Source: Planctomycetota bacterium (lineage in GTDB: Bacteria > Planctomycetota > Phycisphaerae > UBA1845 > UTPLA1). Taken from it: 64,000 nucleotides of DNA. The stretch is taken from the NCBI GenBank assembly GCA_015654675.1, contig JAATGM010000055.1:78305-142304 (forward strand), given 5' to 3'. Of the stretch, positions 30,447-39,596 are shown in pieces. A program made the translations under genes and the position numbers. Within the stretch, counting starts at the first letter, position 1; the number at the start of each line of letters is the position of its first letter. The notes beneath the pieces were generated by a model that did not search any database, was not told the origin of the DNA, and saw only the letters and a list, made by a program, of their open reading frames with translations.

Positions 30447-30770
30447 GTTCCGGCGTAGACAACCTATGTAGTCAGTGCGGCGAAGGGCCGCCGGGCTTGA
30501 ATTGTGTACGGAATGAGTCGGATTGTGAGTATGTCAGTACGGTTTGGACAACATGACCAGTCGATGCGAGCGGACGCTCCGTTCGCGACGGACGCGGTGT
30601 GCGCCGGGCCAGCGAATCGATTCGCGCCGAATTATGCACCCATGTTTGATCGCAAGGTCGAGACCAGTGCGCTTGGTATCGAACTGCTCGCGCTGCGGCC
30701 TCCGGACTGACGGGACTTAACTGAGAATCCCGAAGCCCCGGAAGCCGATGGTTTCCGGGGCTTTTTTATT
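30447..30770 (+). ncRNA. candidate small RNA (~320 nt) bounded by promoter and intrinsic terminator
   Basis: The only ORF inside (30504-30710, 68 aa, GTG start, no SD) has low GC3, atypical for coding DNA in this genome. The 3' end is a strong terminator. Confidence 0.3.
30735..30770 (+). terminator. intrinsic terminator
   Basis: GCCCCGGAA-gccgatggt-TTCCGGGGC (9-bp stem) followed by TTTTTTATT. Confidence 0.7.
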
Positions 30771-31424
30771 GGTTTGCGCGACTTCTGAATGACCGCGCGA
30801 GCGGCCGCGGAGAGGGTACGCGCGAAATGTGTGAGCGAGGTGTGATGTAACTCGCAAATCGAGAGACATGAGTGCGATTCCGCTGCGTTGGCGGAAACCG
30901 TTGCGCGTGCATGTGGCGCGCGGCAGGCACGGATGGATCAGTCACCCGAGTGGACTGAGTGTTGTTGGCGGGCGGCATGTGCGAGGTCTTCGGAATTACT
31001 CGCACGTGTTCCGCTACCGAATCGAAGCGACGGCACTCGACACTTTTGCGAGGTGACCATGGTGAAGCGGATCGGCTTGCCGATTCGTGAGCGGGTTCGA
31101 GCCCCGTATTACCCGAGGACCGGGGTACTGGTCCACTAGCTTGAAGCGCTAGAAACAGAACCGGGATGGATGAACGCGATGCCGGCGGAAGCAGCCGCCT
31201 TCGAGCGGCAACCGATTCGCGGCTTTGAGATTGTGTGGATGTGTCGGGTGATGCGTCGTGGATGTGCGCCGGCCGGTGACGGGGGGCACCGGTCCGGCGC
31301 GGCGGAAGGGGCGCACACCGGACGGCCGCATGATCCCGCATGCGAGCGGCGCTGAAGCGGCGAACCGTTCATCGTCCCGGCTGATTTGAATGTGACTGCA
31401 CCGTGAAGGGAGGTGCGTGCAGTT

Positions 31425-32576
31425 ATGTGGATGACTATTCGAGTATTGCAGCATGAGCGGGGCCTCTGGTTCCGGCACGGGAACTTTCGCCGGTTGCTCG
31501 GGCCGGGCGTGTACCGGTTCGTGGCTGACTGGCTGCGGCCGGGTCGCGACCGCCTTGAGGTCATGGACACGCTCTGCACGAAGTTCGAGCACCGGTTGCT
31601 CGACGTGCTGTTGGCGCATGACGAGGTTCGCGACGCGCTGGAGGTCGTGGATCTGGCAGATGCGGAGCGGGCGCTGGTCTGGAAGGACGAGCGACTGGCT
31701 TACATCTGCGGCCCGGGTCGGCACGCGTTCTGGCGGCAGCCGGCGCGGCTGGCGGTTGAGGTGTTCGAGGTCGGCGATGGCCGGTTCGAGCACCCGCGGC
31801 TGGCGACGATCGTTCGTCATCCGCAGGTGGCGGCGTTTTTCGAGCGCGTGACGGTGTCGCGTGGCTCTGAAACGGTGCTGTTGCGGGATGGGCGGTTGGC
31901 AGCGCTGTTGAGCGAGGGCCAGCATGTTCTGTGGAAGCATGCGGCGGACTGGGTGGCTCGGTCGGTGGATCGGCGCGAGCAGGTCCTGGATGTCGCTGGT
32001 CAGGAGATCATGACGGCGGACAAGGTTTCGCTGCGTGTGAACCTGGTTGTGACGTTTGCGGTGACGGATGTTGTCGCGTCGGTGACGGTGGCGTCGGATG
32101 CACCGCAGGTGTTGTACCGCGAGGCGCAGCTTGCATTGCGGGCGGCCGTCGGGACTCGCTCACTGGATGTGATGCTGGCGGAGAAGGAGTCGCTGGGGCG
32201 CGAGCTTGCGGCGGCGCTGGGTCCGCGGGCGGCCGAGTTCGGCGTGACGGTTCGGAGTGTCGGACTGCGCGACGTCGTGTTGCCGGGCGAGATGCGGTCG
32301 CTGTTGAACAAGGTTGTCGAGGCCACGAAGGAGGCCGAGGCGAACCTGATTCGGCGCCGCGAGGAGACGGCCGCTGCGCGGAGCCAGGCGAACACGGCGC
32401 GTTTGATGGCGGAGAACCCGACGCTGGCGCGTTTGAAAGAGCTGGAGCTTCTGAAGGAGGTTCTGGCGGGCACGAAGGCGACGTTTGTGCTGGGCGGCGG
32501 CGACATCGCGGAGCAGGTGAAGAGCCTGGTCCGGACGGAGTTGACGCCGACGGCAGGGGCGGACGCCGGAACATGA
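31425..32576 (+). CDS. SPFH/band-7 (stomatin/slipin-like) domain protein
   Basis: GGGAGG SD 11 nt upstream of ATG 31425. The SPFH core runs from IRVLQHERGLWFRHGNF to EIMTADKVSLRVNLVVTFAVTDV, followed by a coiled-coil tail. Confidence 0.7.
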   Translation: MWMTIRVLQHERGLWFRHGNFRRLLGPGVYRFVADWLRPGRDRLEVMDTLCTKFEHRLLDVLLAHDEVRDALEVVDLADAERALVWKDERLAYICGPGRHAFWRQPARLAVEVFEVGDGRFEHPRLATIVRHPQVAAFFERVTVSRGSETVLLRDGRLAALLSEGQHVLWKHAADWVARSVDRREQVLDVAGQEIMTADKVSLRVNLVVTFAVTDVVASVTVASDAPQVLYREAQLALRAAVGTRSLDVMLAEKESLGRELAAALGPRAAEFGVTVRSVGLRDVVLPGEMRSLLNKVVEATKEAEANLIRRREETAAARSQANTARLMAENPTLARLKELELLKEVLAGTKATFVLGGGDIAEQVKSLVRTELTPTAGADAGT

Positions 32577-32669
32577 GAGAGTTTGTAGAAAGGAGGTGAT
32601 CTCTCTGCGAGGGGGCGGGCATCCGGGCCAACGCCGGCCGGGTGCCCGCTTTCGTTTTTCGCCGTTAGT

Positions 32670-33032
32670 ATGCTTGCGGGAGTTGTCACGATGTCAGCAA
32701 TTGGCGGCAGCGATAGGGATCTGGATTCGCTTCGCCGCAATCTCGAGAAACCCGAGCGACGACCAAAGAGCCCAAATGTCTTGGTTTGGGTGCTCGCCCT
32801 GGGCTTGGAGATGATTGGACTTTTTCTTTCAAATATTACCCTGGCGGGTGGGTCGTACGTTCCAATTCTCGTGATTTCGCAGTGCTCGTTTGCGGCGTGT
32901 GCCTTGATTGTGATCTGGCAGTGCGTGGCGCATGGCGGTTGGGGCCGCTGGTTGTTGGCGTTCCTCGCGATTGCGGTTAGCTCGGTTTTCTTCGTTGATA
33001 ATCTGGGACGATTGTGCTTTTCTTTGCGGTAA
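32670..33032 (+). CDS. small hypothetical membrane protein
   Basis: Three predicted TM helices. Weak call. Confidence 0.35.
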   Translation: MLAGVVTMSAIGGSDRDLDSLRRNLEKPERRPKSPNVLVWVLALGLEMIGLFLSNITLAGGSYVPILVISQCSFAACALIVIWQCVAHGGWGRWLLAFLAIAVSSVFFVDNLGRLCFSLR

Positions 33033-33167
33033 CGTGATGGTTGTCGCACACTATTACGTCGGCTTGATTGATGGGAGCGCGGGATGACCGGCCGAGGCAA
33101 GGTTTCGTCGGCTTGCTGGTCGCTTTTCCTGACTCCGTTTCTTTTCCTTCCTTATTGATATCTTTGG

Positions 33168-34028
33168 TTGCCTGCGGCACTAGGGGCTACGTTTCTTGTT
33201 TTGCCGGGTTGGGCTGTTTGGCGTGAGACGCTTCGTCGCCACGGTACTTTGATTCTTGGGGCATTCATTCTGCTACTCGTTCGACAGTTGCTCGATCCTT
33301 TTTTGTGGGGGCCGTGGGTATTGTTTGTTGCTGTCGTCTGGTGGTGGCGGGGCCGGCGGAAATTGAACCGGCTCGTCCTGGGTGGTTTGGCGATGGTGAT
33401 TTGGGTCGCGGCGTTTGGGTGGCTGGCGAGCCCACATCAGATCTGGTCGGTTCCAAGCGAAGCCATTCCGGCAGACGCGGTTGTTGTTTGTGCAGGGGAT
33501 AGTCTGACTTCGGGCGTCGATATCAACTCGGATGATCACACTTACGTTGCAGAATTGCGTGAGCGGCTTAAGCGTCGCGTGATCAACGCCGGTATTGCCA
33601 ATGACAAGGCCGGCGATTTGCTCAAGCGAGTGCAGAGAGACGTCGTGAGCCGGAAGCCGAGCGTGGTGGTGGTTTTCATCGGCGGGAACGACTTTCTGGA
33701 TGGGACGCCGCGCGCGGAGTTTGCGCGTGAGCTTGATGAGGTTGTCGCGGCCATCTCGGCGGCGGGTGCGCGCGTGATACTTGTGGAGGTCCCGACCGGG
33801 ATCGTCTGGAATCCGTATGCGGGAGTCTATCGACGGGTTGCTTCGCGATACGGCGCGTTGCTTGTTCCGGAGAGCACGTTGCGGCTGTGGTTCAGTATAG
33901 AGCTGGTTGCGCGCGATCACCTGGCTGAGCCGCTGACGATTGACGGCATTCACCTGACGCCGAGCGGGGCGCGGCGGGTGGCAGATTGGCTGGAGCCGTA
34001 TATTGAGGAATTGCTGCATCGGCGATGA
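33168..34028 (+). CDS. membrane-anchored SGNH/GDSL-family hydrolase
   Basis: Three N-terminal TM helices. Block I VVCAGDSLTSG, block III FIGGNDF, block V DGIHLT. Confidence 0.7.
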   Translation: MPAALGATFLVLPGWAVWRETLRRHGTLILGAFILLLVRQLLDPFLWGPWVLFVAVVWWWRGRRKLNRLVLGGLAMVIWVAAFGWLASPHQIWSVPSEAIPADAVVVCAGDSLTSGVDINSDDHTYVAELRERLKRRVINAGIANDKAGDLLKRVQRDVVSRKPSVVVVFIGGNDFLDGTPRAEFARELDEVVAAISAAGARVILVEVPTGIVWNPYAGVYRRVASRYGALLVPESTLRLWFSIELVARDHLAEPLTIDGIHLTPSGARRVADWLEPYIEELLHRR

Positions 34029-34118
34029 GCGCCAGGGCATATTTCCGGGTTGGTGATCGTTCGACGGGGGTGTGTTAGAATGAACCGCATCGGAACCAGC
34101 CGCTAATCTGAGGCGCAC

Positions 34119-35489
34119 TTGGGTCGCGCTGGCCGAGGCCGTTTGGGAGGAAAGGCGATGCACACGTATTTTTCGCGCGGGCTGGTTTTCGTATTCACGC
34201 TGGTTTGTTTGGCGGAGCGACCTTCATCGGCGCAATGTGGTTATTCGTGGCGCGATGGGCCGCAGATGGACGGCGGAGTATCCGCTTTTCTTCAGTTCAG
34301 AGGGGAGCTGATTTCCGGCGGGTCGTTCACGATCGTGGATGGCATCGCAGCAAGGAACATCGTGGCATGGGACGGCCTGCGCTGTCGCCCGATCGGTCTG
34401 GGCACGGATGGGGGCATCACCTCACTGGTCGAGTACCGGGGCGATCTGATTGCCGGAGGACGGTTCAGCCTGGCGGGTGGCGCTTCGGCGATCGCCATCG
34501 CGCGATGGGACGGATCGCAATGGCATCCGCTTGGTTCAGGCATGATTTCCACAAGTGGCCTGGCAACTGTCGCCACGCTGACGGTCTATCAGGGTGACCT
34601 GATCGCAGCCGGCCGATTCAGCAGCGCCGGAGGCGTCACCGCGAAGGACATCGCGCGCTGGGACGGCACAAGCTGGCATTCGATGGGGTCGGGCGTCAAT
34701 CAGAATGGCGAAATCGCGAACTTGTGCGTTTACGGTGACAAGTTGATCGCATGCGGACGGTTTACATCGCTGGATGGTGTGTCGGCGCAGAATGTCGCCT
34801 CGTGGAACGGGTCAAACTGGGAGCCACTGGGCGGTGGGCTGGGTGGCAACGACGCAGTCGTCATGACCGTGTTCGATGGCAAATTGATCGTTGGCGGGTC
34901 GGTCAGGGTTGGCACCGCTCGCTGCCTCGTCGCGTCGTGGGACGGATCGACGTGGCAGGTGCTGGGATTTCAGAATTATGACGACCTGGCGACTTCATTC
35001 ACGACGTTTGAGAACTCACTGGTCGTCGGCGGCGAGGGGCCGGGCGTGCAGCGATTCGTGAACGGCGCGTGGGAGCATCTCGAATACTACGAGGCGAAGG
35101 CGCTCGCGGAATATCACGGCGAATTGGTGGTCGAACTGTTCCGGCGCTGGGGCCCGGCGGGGCCGGTCATGGTGCAGCAGCCGGGATCGCGGGGCATTGT
35201 TGCGGGTGGAAGCGCGACGTTTCGGGCGCTGGCGATCGGGAGTGATACGCTGGCGTATCAGTGGCGGCACGATGGCGCCGCGCTCGAGGATGGCGCGGGT
35301 GTTTCCGGCAGCGCCACACCGGAATTGAAGTTGACCGGCGTGACTGCCGCCAACGCGGGCGAGTATGACTGTGTCATCCAGAACGGGTGCGACGATGTGA
35401 CATCCGCGCCGGCGAGACTGCGCGTGTTGCAGGCCGTTGCGCCGCCGAAGGGGCCGCCGGTTATGGTTGGGCCGGCCATTTCGGAATAG
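34119..35489 (+). CDS. secreted repeat protein: six ~47-aa beta-propeller-blade-like repeats + C-terminal Ig-like domain
   Basis: Periodic motif IA.WDG..W..LG.G.........L.VY.GDLIAGG.F. C-terminal YQWRHDGAALEDG...AGEYDCV I-set-like signature. Signal peptide, perhaps starting at the ATG at 34158. Confidence 0.55.
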   Translation: MGRAGRGRLGGKAMHTYFSRGLVFVFTLVCLAERPSSAQCGYSWRDGPQMDGGVSAFLQFRGELISGGSFTIVDGIAARNIVAWDGLRCRPIGLGTDGGITSLVEYRGDLIAGGRFSLAGGASAIAIARWDGSQWHPLGSGMISTSGLATVATLTVYQGDLIAAGRFSSAGGVTAKDIARWDGTSWHSMGSGVNQNGEIANLCVYGDKLIACGRFTSLDGVSAQNVASWNGSNWEPLGGGLGGNDAVVMTVFDGKLIVGGSVRVGTARCLVASWDGSTWQVLGFQNYDDLATSFTTFENSLVVGGEGPGVQRFVNGAWEHLEYYEAKALAEYHGELVVELFRRWGPAGPVMVQQPGSRGIVAGGSATFRALAIGSDTLAYQWRHDGAALEDGAGVSGSATPELKLTGVTAANAGEYDCVIQNGCDDVTSAPARLRVLQAVAPPKGPPVMVGPAISE

Positions 35490-35612
35490 CGTCGAGGCGA
35501 TTGATTGCGCGGCGTCGGGGCCGCGCGCTGGCAAGCACGTATGAGTCCGAGTGGTCGGAAGACCGCCAGGATGCAGTTGGTCTATCGGAGTTTTCGCATG
35601 ACCGGGACGACG

Positions 35613-36320
35613 ATGAGCGCGGAGCAGATTATCAAGGAGTTGTCGCGGCTGGGCTCGGCGAGCTACAAGGCGACGATGATGCGGCATGGGGCTCCGGATT
35701 CGATCCTTGGGGTGTCGATCGCGGAGCTCAAGAAGTATCAGAAGAAGATCAAGAAGCACCATGAGCTGGCGATGTCGCTGTATGACTCGGGCATTTCCGA
35801 GGCGATGTACCTTGCGGGCCTGATTGCCGACGAAACGCGGATCAAGAAGAAGGACCTCGAACGCTGGGCGAAGAAGGCCACGTGGGGAATGATCGGGGAA
35901 TACACCGTGCCGTGGGTCGCGGCGGAGAGTCCGTTCGGAGAGGAGCTGGGGCTGGCGTGGATCGACTCGAAGGATGAGAACATCGCGGCGACCGGCTGGT
36001 GCACGCTGGCGGGGATGGTGGCGGTGCGGCCGGATGACGAGCTGGATTTGAAGTTGCTCGAGAAGCTGATGGGGCGGGTGGTGAAGACGATTCACAAAGC
36101 GCCGAACCGGGTGCGCTACACGATGAACTCGTTCATCATCGCGGTGGGGTCGTACGTGGCGGCGCTGACGGACAAGGCGGTGGCGGCTGCGAAGCAGATC
36201 GGAAAGGTGAGCGTGGACATGGGCGACACGGAGTGCAAAGTGCCGAGCGCGGTTGAGTACATCGGCAAGGTGGCGAAGATGGGGCGGGTTGGGCGGAAGC
36301 GGGCGACGGTGCGGTGCTAA
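35613..36320 (+). CDS. DNA alkylation repair enzyme-family protein (AlkC/AlkD-like HEAT-repeat fold)
   Basis: MSAEQIIKELSRLGSASYKATMMRHG ... HEAT-like helical repeats of the PF08713 type. The start is chosen at the ATG at 35613. Confidence 0.5.
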   Translation: MSAEQIIKELSRLGSASYKATMMRHGAPDSILGVSIAELKKYQKKIKKHHELAMSLYDSGISEAMYLAGLIADETRIKKKDLERWAKKATWGMIGEYTVPWVAAESPFGEELGLAWIDSKDENIAATGWCTLAGMVAVRPDDELDLKLLEKLMGRVVKTIHKAPNRVRYTMNSFIIAVGSYVAALTDKAVAAAKQIGKVSVDMGDTECKVPSAVEYIGKVAKMGRVGRKRATVRC

Positions 36321-36345
36321 GAGGGCGGTGGACTGCCCGGTCTGA

Positions 36346-37098
36346 ATGTCCGCGTATCAGCCGATGATCGAATCAAGCCCGCGATTTCGGCTTCACGCGA
36401 TTATGCAGCGGGGCCCTCGTCCAGGGCGGACGACGGTATTCCACGACACGATGTTTCACGGACTGGCCTGGAGGATTGGACGTCGACCGGCTGTGCTTGA
36501 TCCTTTGTTCATCGAATCGGATCGCACGCGCCCGCTCACGCTCGTTCGAAATGGCTCCATCGTTCCTCAAGTCACGAAACCCGCGAATAATCTGGTTGTA
36601 TCCGAAGCGATCAGGGACAAACTTGCCGGGATTCCGGGAGTCGAGTTTCTACCCGTTGTATTCTTCAGACTGTTTCATTATCCATTCAAGGCAGGCGACT
36701 TTTCATACGAGAGCGATCCGTTTTGGAAGCATGCCTGCGAGCATGCCGGAGCAGATACGGACTGGTTCTATTTCGCGCAGGTTGACGATTCTGATCTCCA
36801 TGACGCCATCGGGAATCACTATGAGTTACTACTTCATTCACCCAACGCGCTCGCGGAAGAGGATCGTGAATCAAAGGAGCTTTGTCTCGCGACGGCGCAC
36901 GCACTGATTTCGCCGAGGTTGTTGCGCAAATACGGGATGCTCGCAGCGCCGCCCTCCGTTCTCGTGAACGACGAGGTTCTCAGCGTGCTTCAACCTTTTC
37001 TTGACGAAGATTATTTTGGAAGGCAGACGTTTGAAGTCGAATTTCCCGCGAATGTCGCGACACCTATCAGCATCAGAGTTTTGTCGAGCTCCACATAA
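36346..37098 (+). CDS. hypothetical protein, compositionally atypical (lower GC, AT-richer codons)
   Basis: 250-aa ORF with visibly lower GC than its neighbours and no recognisable family. Confidence 0.45.
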   Translation: MSAYQPMIESSPRFRLHAIMQRGPRPGRTTVFHDTMFHGLAWRIGRRPAVLDPLFIESDRTRPLTLVRNGSIVPQVTKPANNLVVSEAIRDKLAGIPGVEFLPVVFFRLFHYPFKAGDFSYESDPFWKHACEHAGADTDWFYFAQVDDSDLHDAIGNHYELLLHSPNALAEEDRESKELCLATAHALISPRLLRKYGMLAAPPSVLVNDEVLSVLQPFLDEDYFGRQTFEVEFPANVATPISIRVLSSST

Positions 37099-37234
37099 AC
37101 TGCGGATTGTCACAGTGGACACGGGCGGCGCGCGAGGTACCGTGCGCGAAGGCGTATCTTGCCAACGTGGCGCAGGTTGGATGGGTTGGGCGCGAGAGGG
37201 CGACGACATGGTGCTAAGTGCCCCGAATACTTGC

Positions 37235-38704
37235 TCAGCTTCCTGTTGAGCGCCGGAGCGAAATCGTGCTAGGGGCGTGCTTCTCGTAGTAGGTTATGCC
37301 AGCTCTTCCCTGCTCTTCATTCCAATCGACTCGTTCCGGGATCGCGAAGCCAGCATCGGTTACATCCGTCAGCAGTTGCGACTTCCGATCGAATAGCTGA
37401 AGTTTCCCGCTCTGTTCAAACAAAGCGTATTGACCGGTTGGGGAGATGAAGTACTTCCCCACCGTGCCAAGTCGCTTTGAACCGAAATACAGGTCTCGGT
37501 AGTGAGCTACCGACTCAAAGCTGCTTGCACTCGGAGCAGTTCTCGCGACTAGCGAGTAATCGTGGCCTAACGCGCGAGATGCATTAGACCGGGTGAATCC
37601 GGGGCGATTCTCGGGTTGCCAGTCGTATTCCATGTCGTGGGCAGCGCTTTGGGCGGCTTCTTTGCCGTAGAGGCGCGAGACTACCTGTAGCGCGCCGTCT
37701 ATTCCGGCTGAGATTCCCGCCGTTGTGATTACGTGACCATTATCGACCCAGCGGGCGCCTTCTTTCACTTCTATCGCGCTCGAGGCGCGGCGGAGGGCGG
37801 GGATGGCGGAGAAGTGTGTGGTGGCCGCGAGGTCATCGAGCAGACCCTGGTCGGCTAGCGTGAATGCGCCGGTGCAGACGGTCATTACTATTTTCGTGTC
37901 GGCGAATTTTGTGCGGACCCAGTCCATGAACTTTTTGTCTTTGGTCAGGTTCTGCGTTGCGCCGCCGGGGATGACGAGGATGTCGATGCGCGGGCAGGTG
38001 TCGATGGTGAAGTCGGGGGCGACGGTGACGCCCTGGCCGGTGACGCAGGGGCCGGGCTGCGGTGCGACGGTGAAGACGTGGCAGGCGCGGCGGCCGTCCT
38101 TGCGGGCGTGGGCGAAGACTTCGGCGGGGCCGGCGAAGTCGAGCAGCTCGACGCCTTTGTGGACGACGACGGCGACCTGGGTGGCGTCGGCGTCGCGTTT
38201 GCGCTCGGCGTCGGTGACGCGCTGGAGGATGGCGGCGAAGCGCGGGTCGGAGCGGATGTTGGCGAGGTCGGCGTCGTTTTCGAAGTAGTAGCGCTCGGTC
38301 ATGCCGGCGTCGAAGGCGGCGTTGAGGCGGCGGAAGGCGTCGTCGTTCTGTTTTCGCATGGCGTGGATGCAGGCGATGTTGTAGAGGGCGGTCTGGCGGG
38401 TGTCGGGGAAGGTGGCGGCTTTTTCGTGGATGGGCATGGCTTCGTCGAGCCGGCCGGCGGCGTGGAGGGCGTGGCCGAAGCGCTGCCAGTATAGGCCCTT
38501 GGTAGGGTCGGTTTTGGTGAGGTATTCGAAGGCGGCGATGGCTTTGGGCCAGTCCTGGGCGCGGAAGAGTTGTTCGGCTTGTTCGGGGGTGACGGCTGCG
38601 GATGCGGCGGGGGTTGTTGGATTGGGGGCGGGCGGGGTTTCGGCGAAGGTGGCGGCGGAGCAGAGGGCGGCGATTGTCAGCGTCGCGAGAAATCGGGCTG
38701 GCAT
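37235..38704 (-). CDS. secreted TPR + DJ-1/PfpI (class I glutamine-amidotransferase-like) domain protein
   Basis: Signal peptide from the ATG at 38704, with GGAGA SD upstream. TPR helices in the N-half. DJ-1/PfpI core IDILVIPGG...VMTVCTGAFTLADQGLLDDLAATTH with a nucleophile-elbow Cys. Confidence 0.7.
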   Translation of the reverse strand: MPARFLATLTIAALCSAATFAETPPAPNPTTPAASAAVTPEQAEQLFRAQDWPKAIAAFEYLTKTDPTKGLYWQRFGHALHAAGRLDEAMPIHEKAATFPDTRQTALYNIACIHAMRKQNDDAFRRLNAAFDAGMTERYYFENDADLANIRSDPRFAAILQRVTDAERKRDADATQVAVVVHKGVELLDFAGPAEVFAHARKDGRRACHVFTVAPQPGPCVTGQGVTVAPDFTIDTCPRIDILVIPGGATQNLTKDKKFMDWVRTKFADTKIVMTVCTGAFTLADQGLLDDLAATTHFSAIPALRRASSAIEVKEGARWVDNGHVITTAGISAGIDGALQVVSRLYGKEAAQSAAHDMEYDWQPENRPGFTRSNASRALGHDYSLVARTAPSASSFESVAHYRDLYFGSKRLGTVGKYFISPTGQYALFEQSGKLQLFDRKSQLLTDVTDAGFAIPERVDWNEEQGRAGITYYEKHAPSTISLRRSTGS

Positions 38705-38819
38705 GACTGGTCTCCGATCGTGGGTTGCTGGGAGGCGCCCCGGGTGAGTCGGGGCTGGGCTTGCTCGCGGGAGCATTGTAGCGGCGGGCGGCTCGCGCTG
38801 GGATCGGCGAAGTCGCGGC

Positions 38820-39233
38820 TCAGTTCCTCAAAAGGGCCTTGAAGCCCATTTGCTCAAAGTGACGGTCGAATGTCAGAGCCTCGCTGATGCCGTTTTGCTG
38901 CATGACGAGGAAGGATGCGCAGTCGGTGAGACTCCAGGCTTTGTCGGAGCGCTCAGCGAACAGGTCGGCGGCATCCCAGAACTGATTGCTGGATTGCGCG
39001 ATGATCGTCACAGCGGGATCATCTAATAGTCCGTCCACGAAAACAGACGCCGTGTGCCGGAATTTTTGATCTCGCGAACCGGCATCATTCAGCAGTTCCG
39101 TGAGGACCATCTCGGTGGTGATGATGTCGCGAATGCCGGGTGACGCGTCGAGCTCGCATGCCTTTTCGTGGAGAGAATCACGTGGATTTAGCAGGGCGAT
39201 CCAGAATCCGGTGTCTGCGAAGACAGTGCTCAA
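38820..39233 (-). CDS. vapC: PIN-domain toxin (VapC)
   Basis: PIN acidic residues in FADTGFWIALL, TTEMVLTEL, LTDCASF and FDRHF. Confidence 0.7.
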   Translation of the reverse strand: MSTVFADTGFWIALLNPRDSLHEKACELDASPGIRDIITTEMVLTELLNDAGSRDQKFRHTASVFVDGLLDDPAVTIIAQSSNQFWDAADLFAERSDKAWSLTDCASFLVMQQNGISEALTFDRHFEQMGFKALLRN

Positions 39234-39533
39234 TCAGTCCTCGCGCGGATAGCCGTAGCGATAGTGCTCGAAGTTCTTCGCTAAGTCGGCCGGGAGTCTC
39301 GCCCAGTCGTCGCCGGTCATGTCGGCGCCGGCAGCCTCCGCGAGTTCGGCGAGTCGTCGGCGAGGTCCGGGCGAGAGCCGACCACCGTTTGAGCTATGGA
39401 CAGACAAGTACTCCTCGACCGCTTTCTTGAGGATTTCCGTGGCCGACTGGCCGGTCGACTCGGCGAGTTGCTCGACGGAGCGCCTCAACGAATCGTCGAG
39501 TTCAATGCGATTGTCGGGATACTTGGCGGCCAT
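39234..39533 (-). CDS. vapB: ribbon-helix-helix antitoxin (VapB-like)
   Basis: 99 aa. RIELDDSLRRSVEQLAESTGQSATEILKKAVEEYL is an RHH fold. The stop abuts the vapC start. Confidence 0.55.
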   Translation of the reverse strand: MAAKYPDNRIELDDSLRRSVEQLAESTGQSATEILKKAVEEYLSVHSSNGGRLSPGPRRRLAELAEAAGADMTGDDWARLPADLAKNFEHYRYGYPRED

Positions 39534-39596
39534 GTGGACAATTGTATCGCGATGCGGTTCTACGGGGCAACAATCAGCTTCATAGGAATACCACGG

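Noticed and set aside
30504-30710. 68-aa ORF inside the candidate sRNA, considered as a small protein
   Set aside because: GTG start without a Shine-Dalgarno, and AT-rich third codon positions unlike the rest of the genome. I kept it only as the body of a candidate ncRNA.
30780-31420. Possible RNase P RNA or tRNA-like element (ACAGAACCGGG at ~31152 resembles the RNase P CR-V ACAGAACCCGGC; GCGGG-TTCGAGC-CCCGT at ~31087 resembles a T-arm)
   Set aside because: I could not find the other RNase P conserved regions (GGAAAGTCCGGGC, GGTAAGAGCGCACC) in the correct order or orientation. No D-arm, anticodon arm or complementary acceptor strand accompanies the T-arm-like hairpin. I treat both as chance matches within a structured leader.
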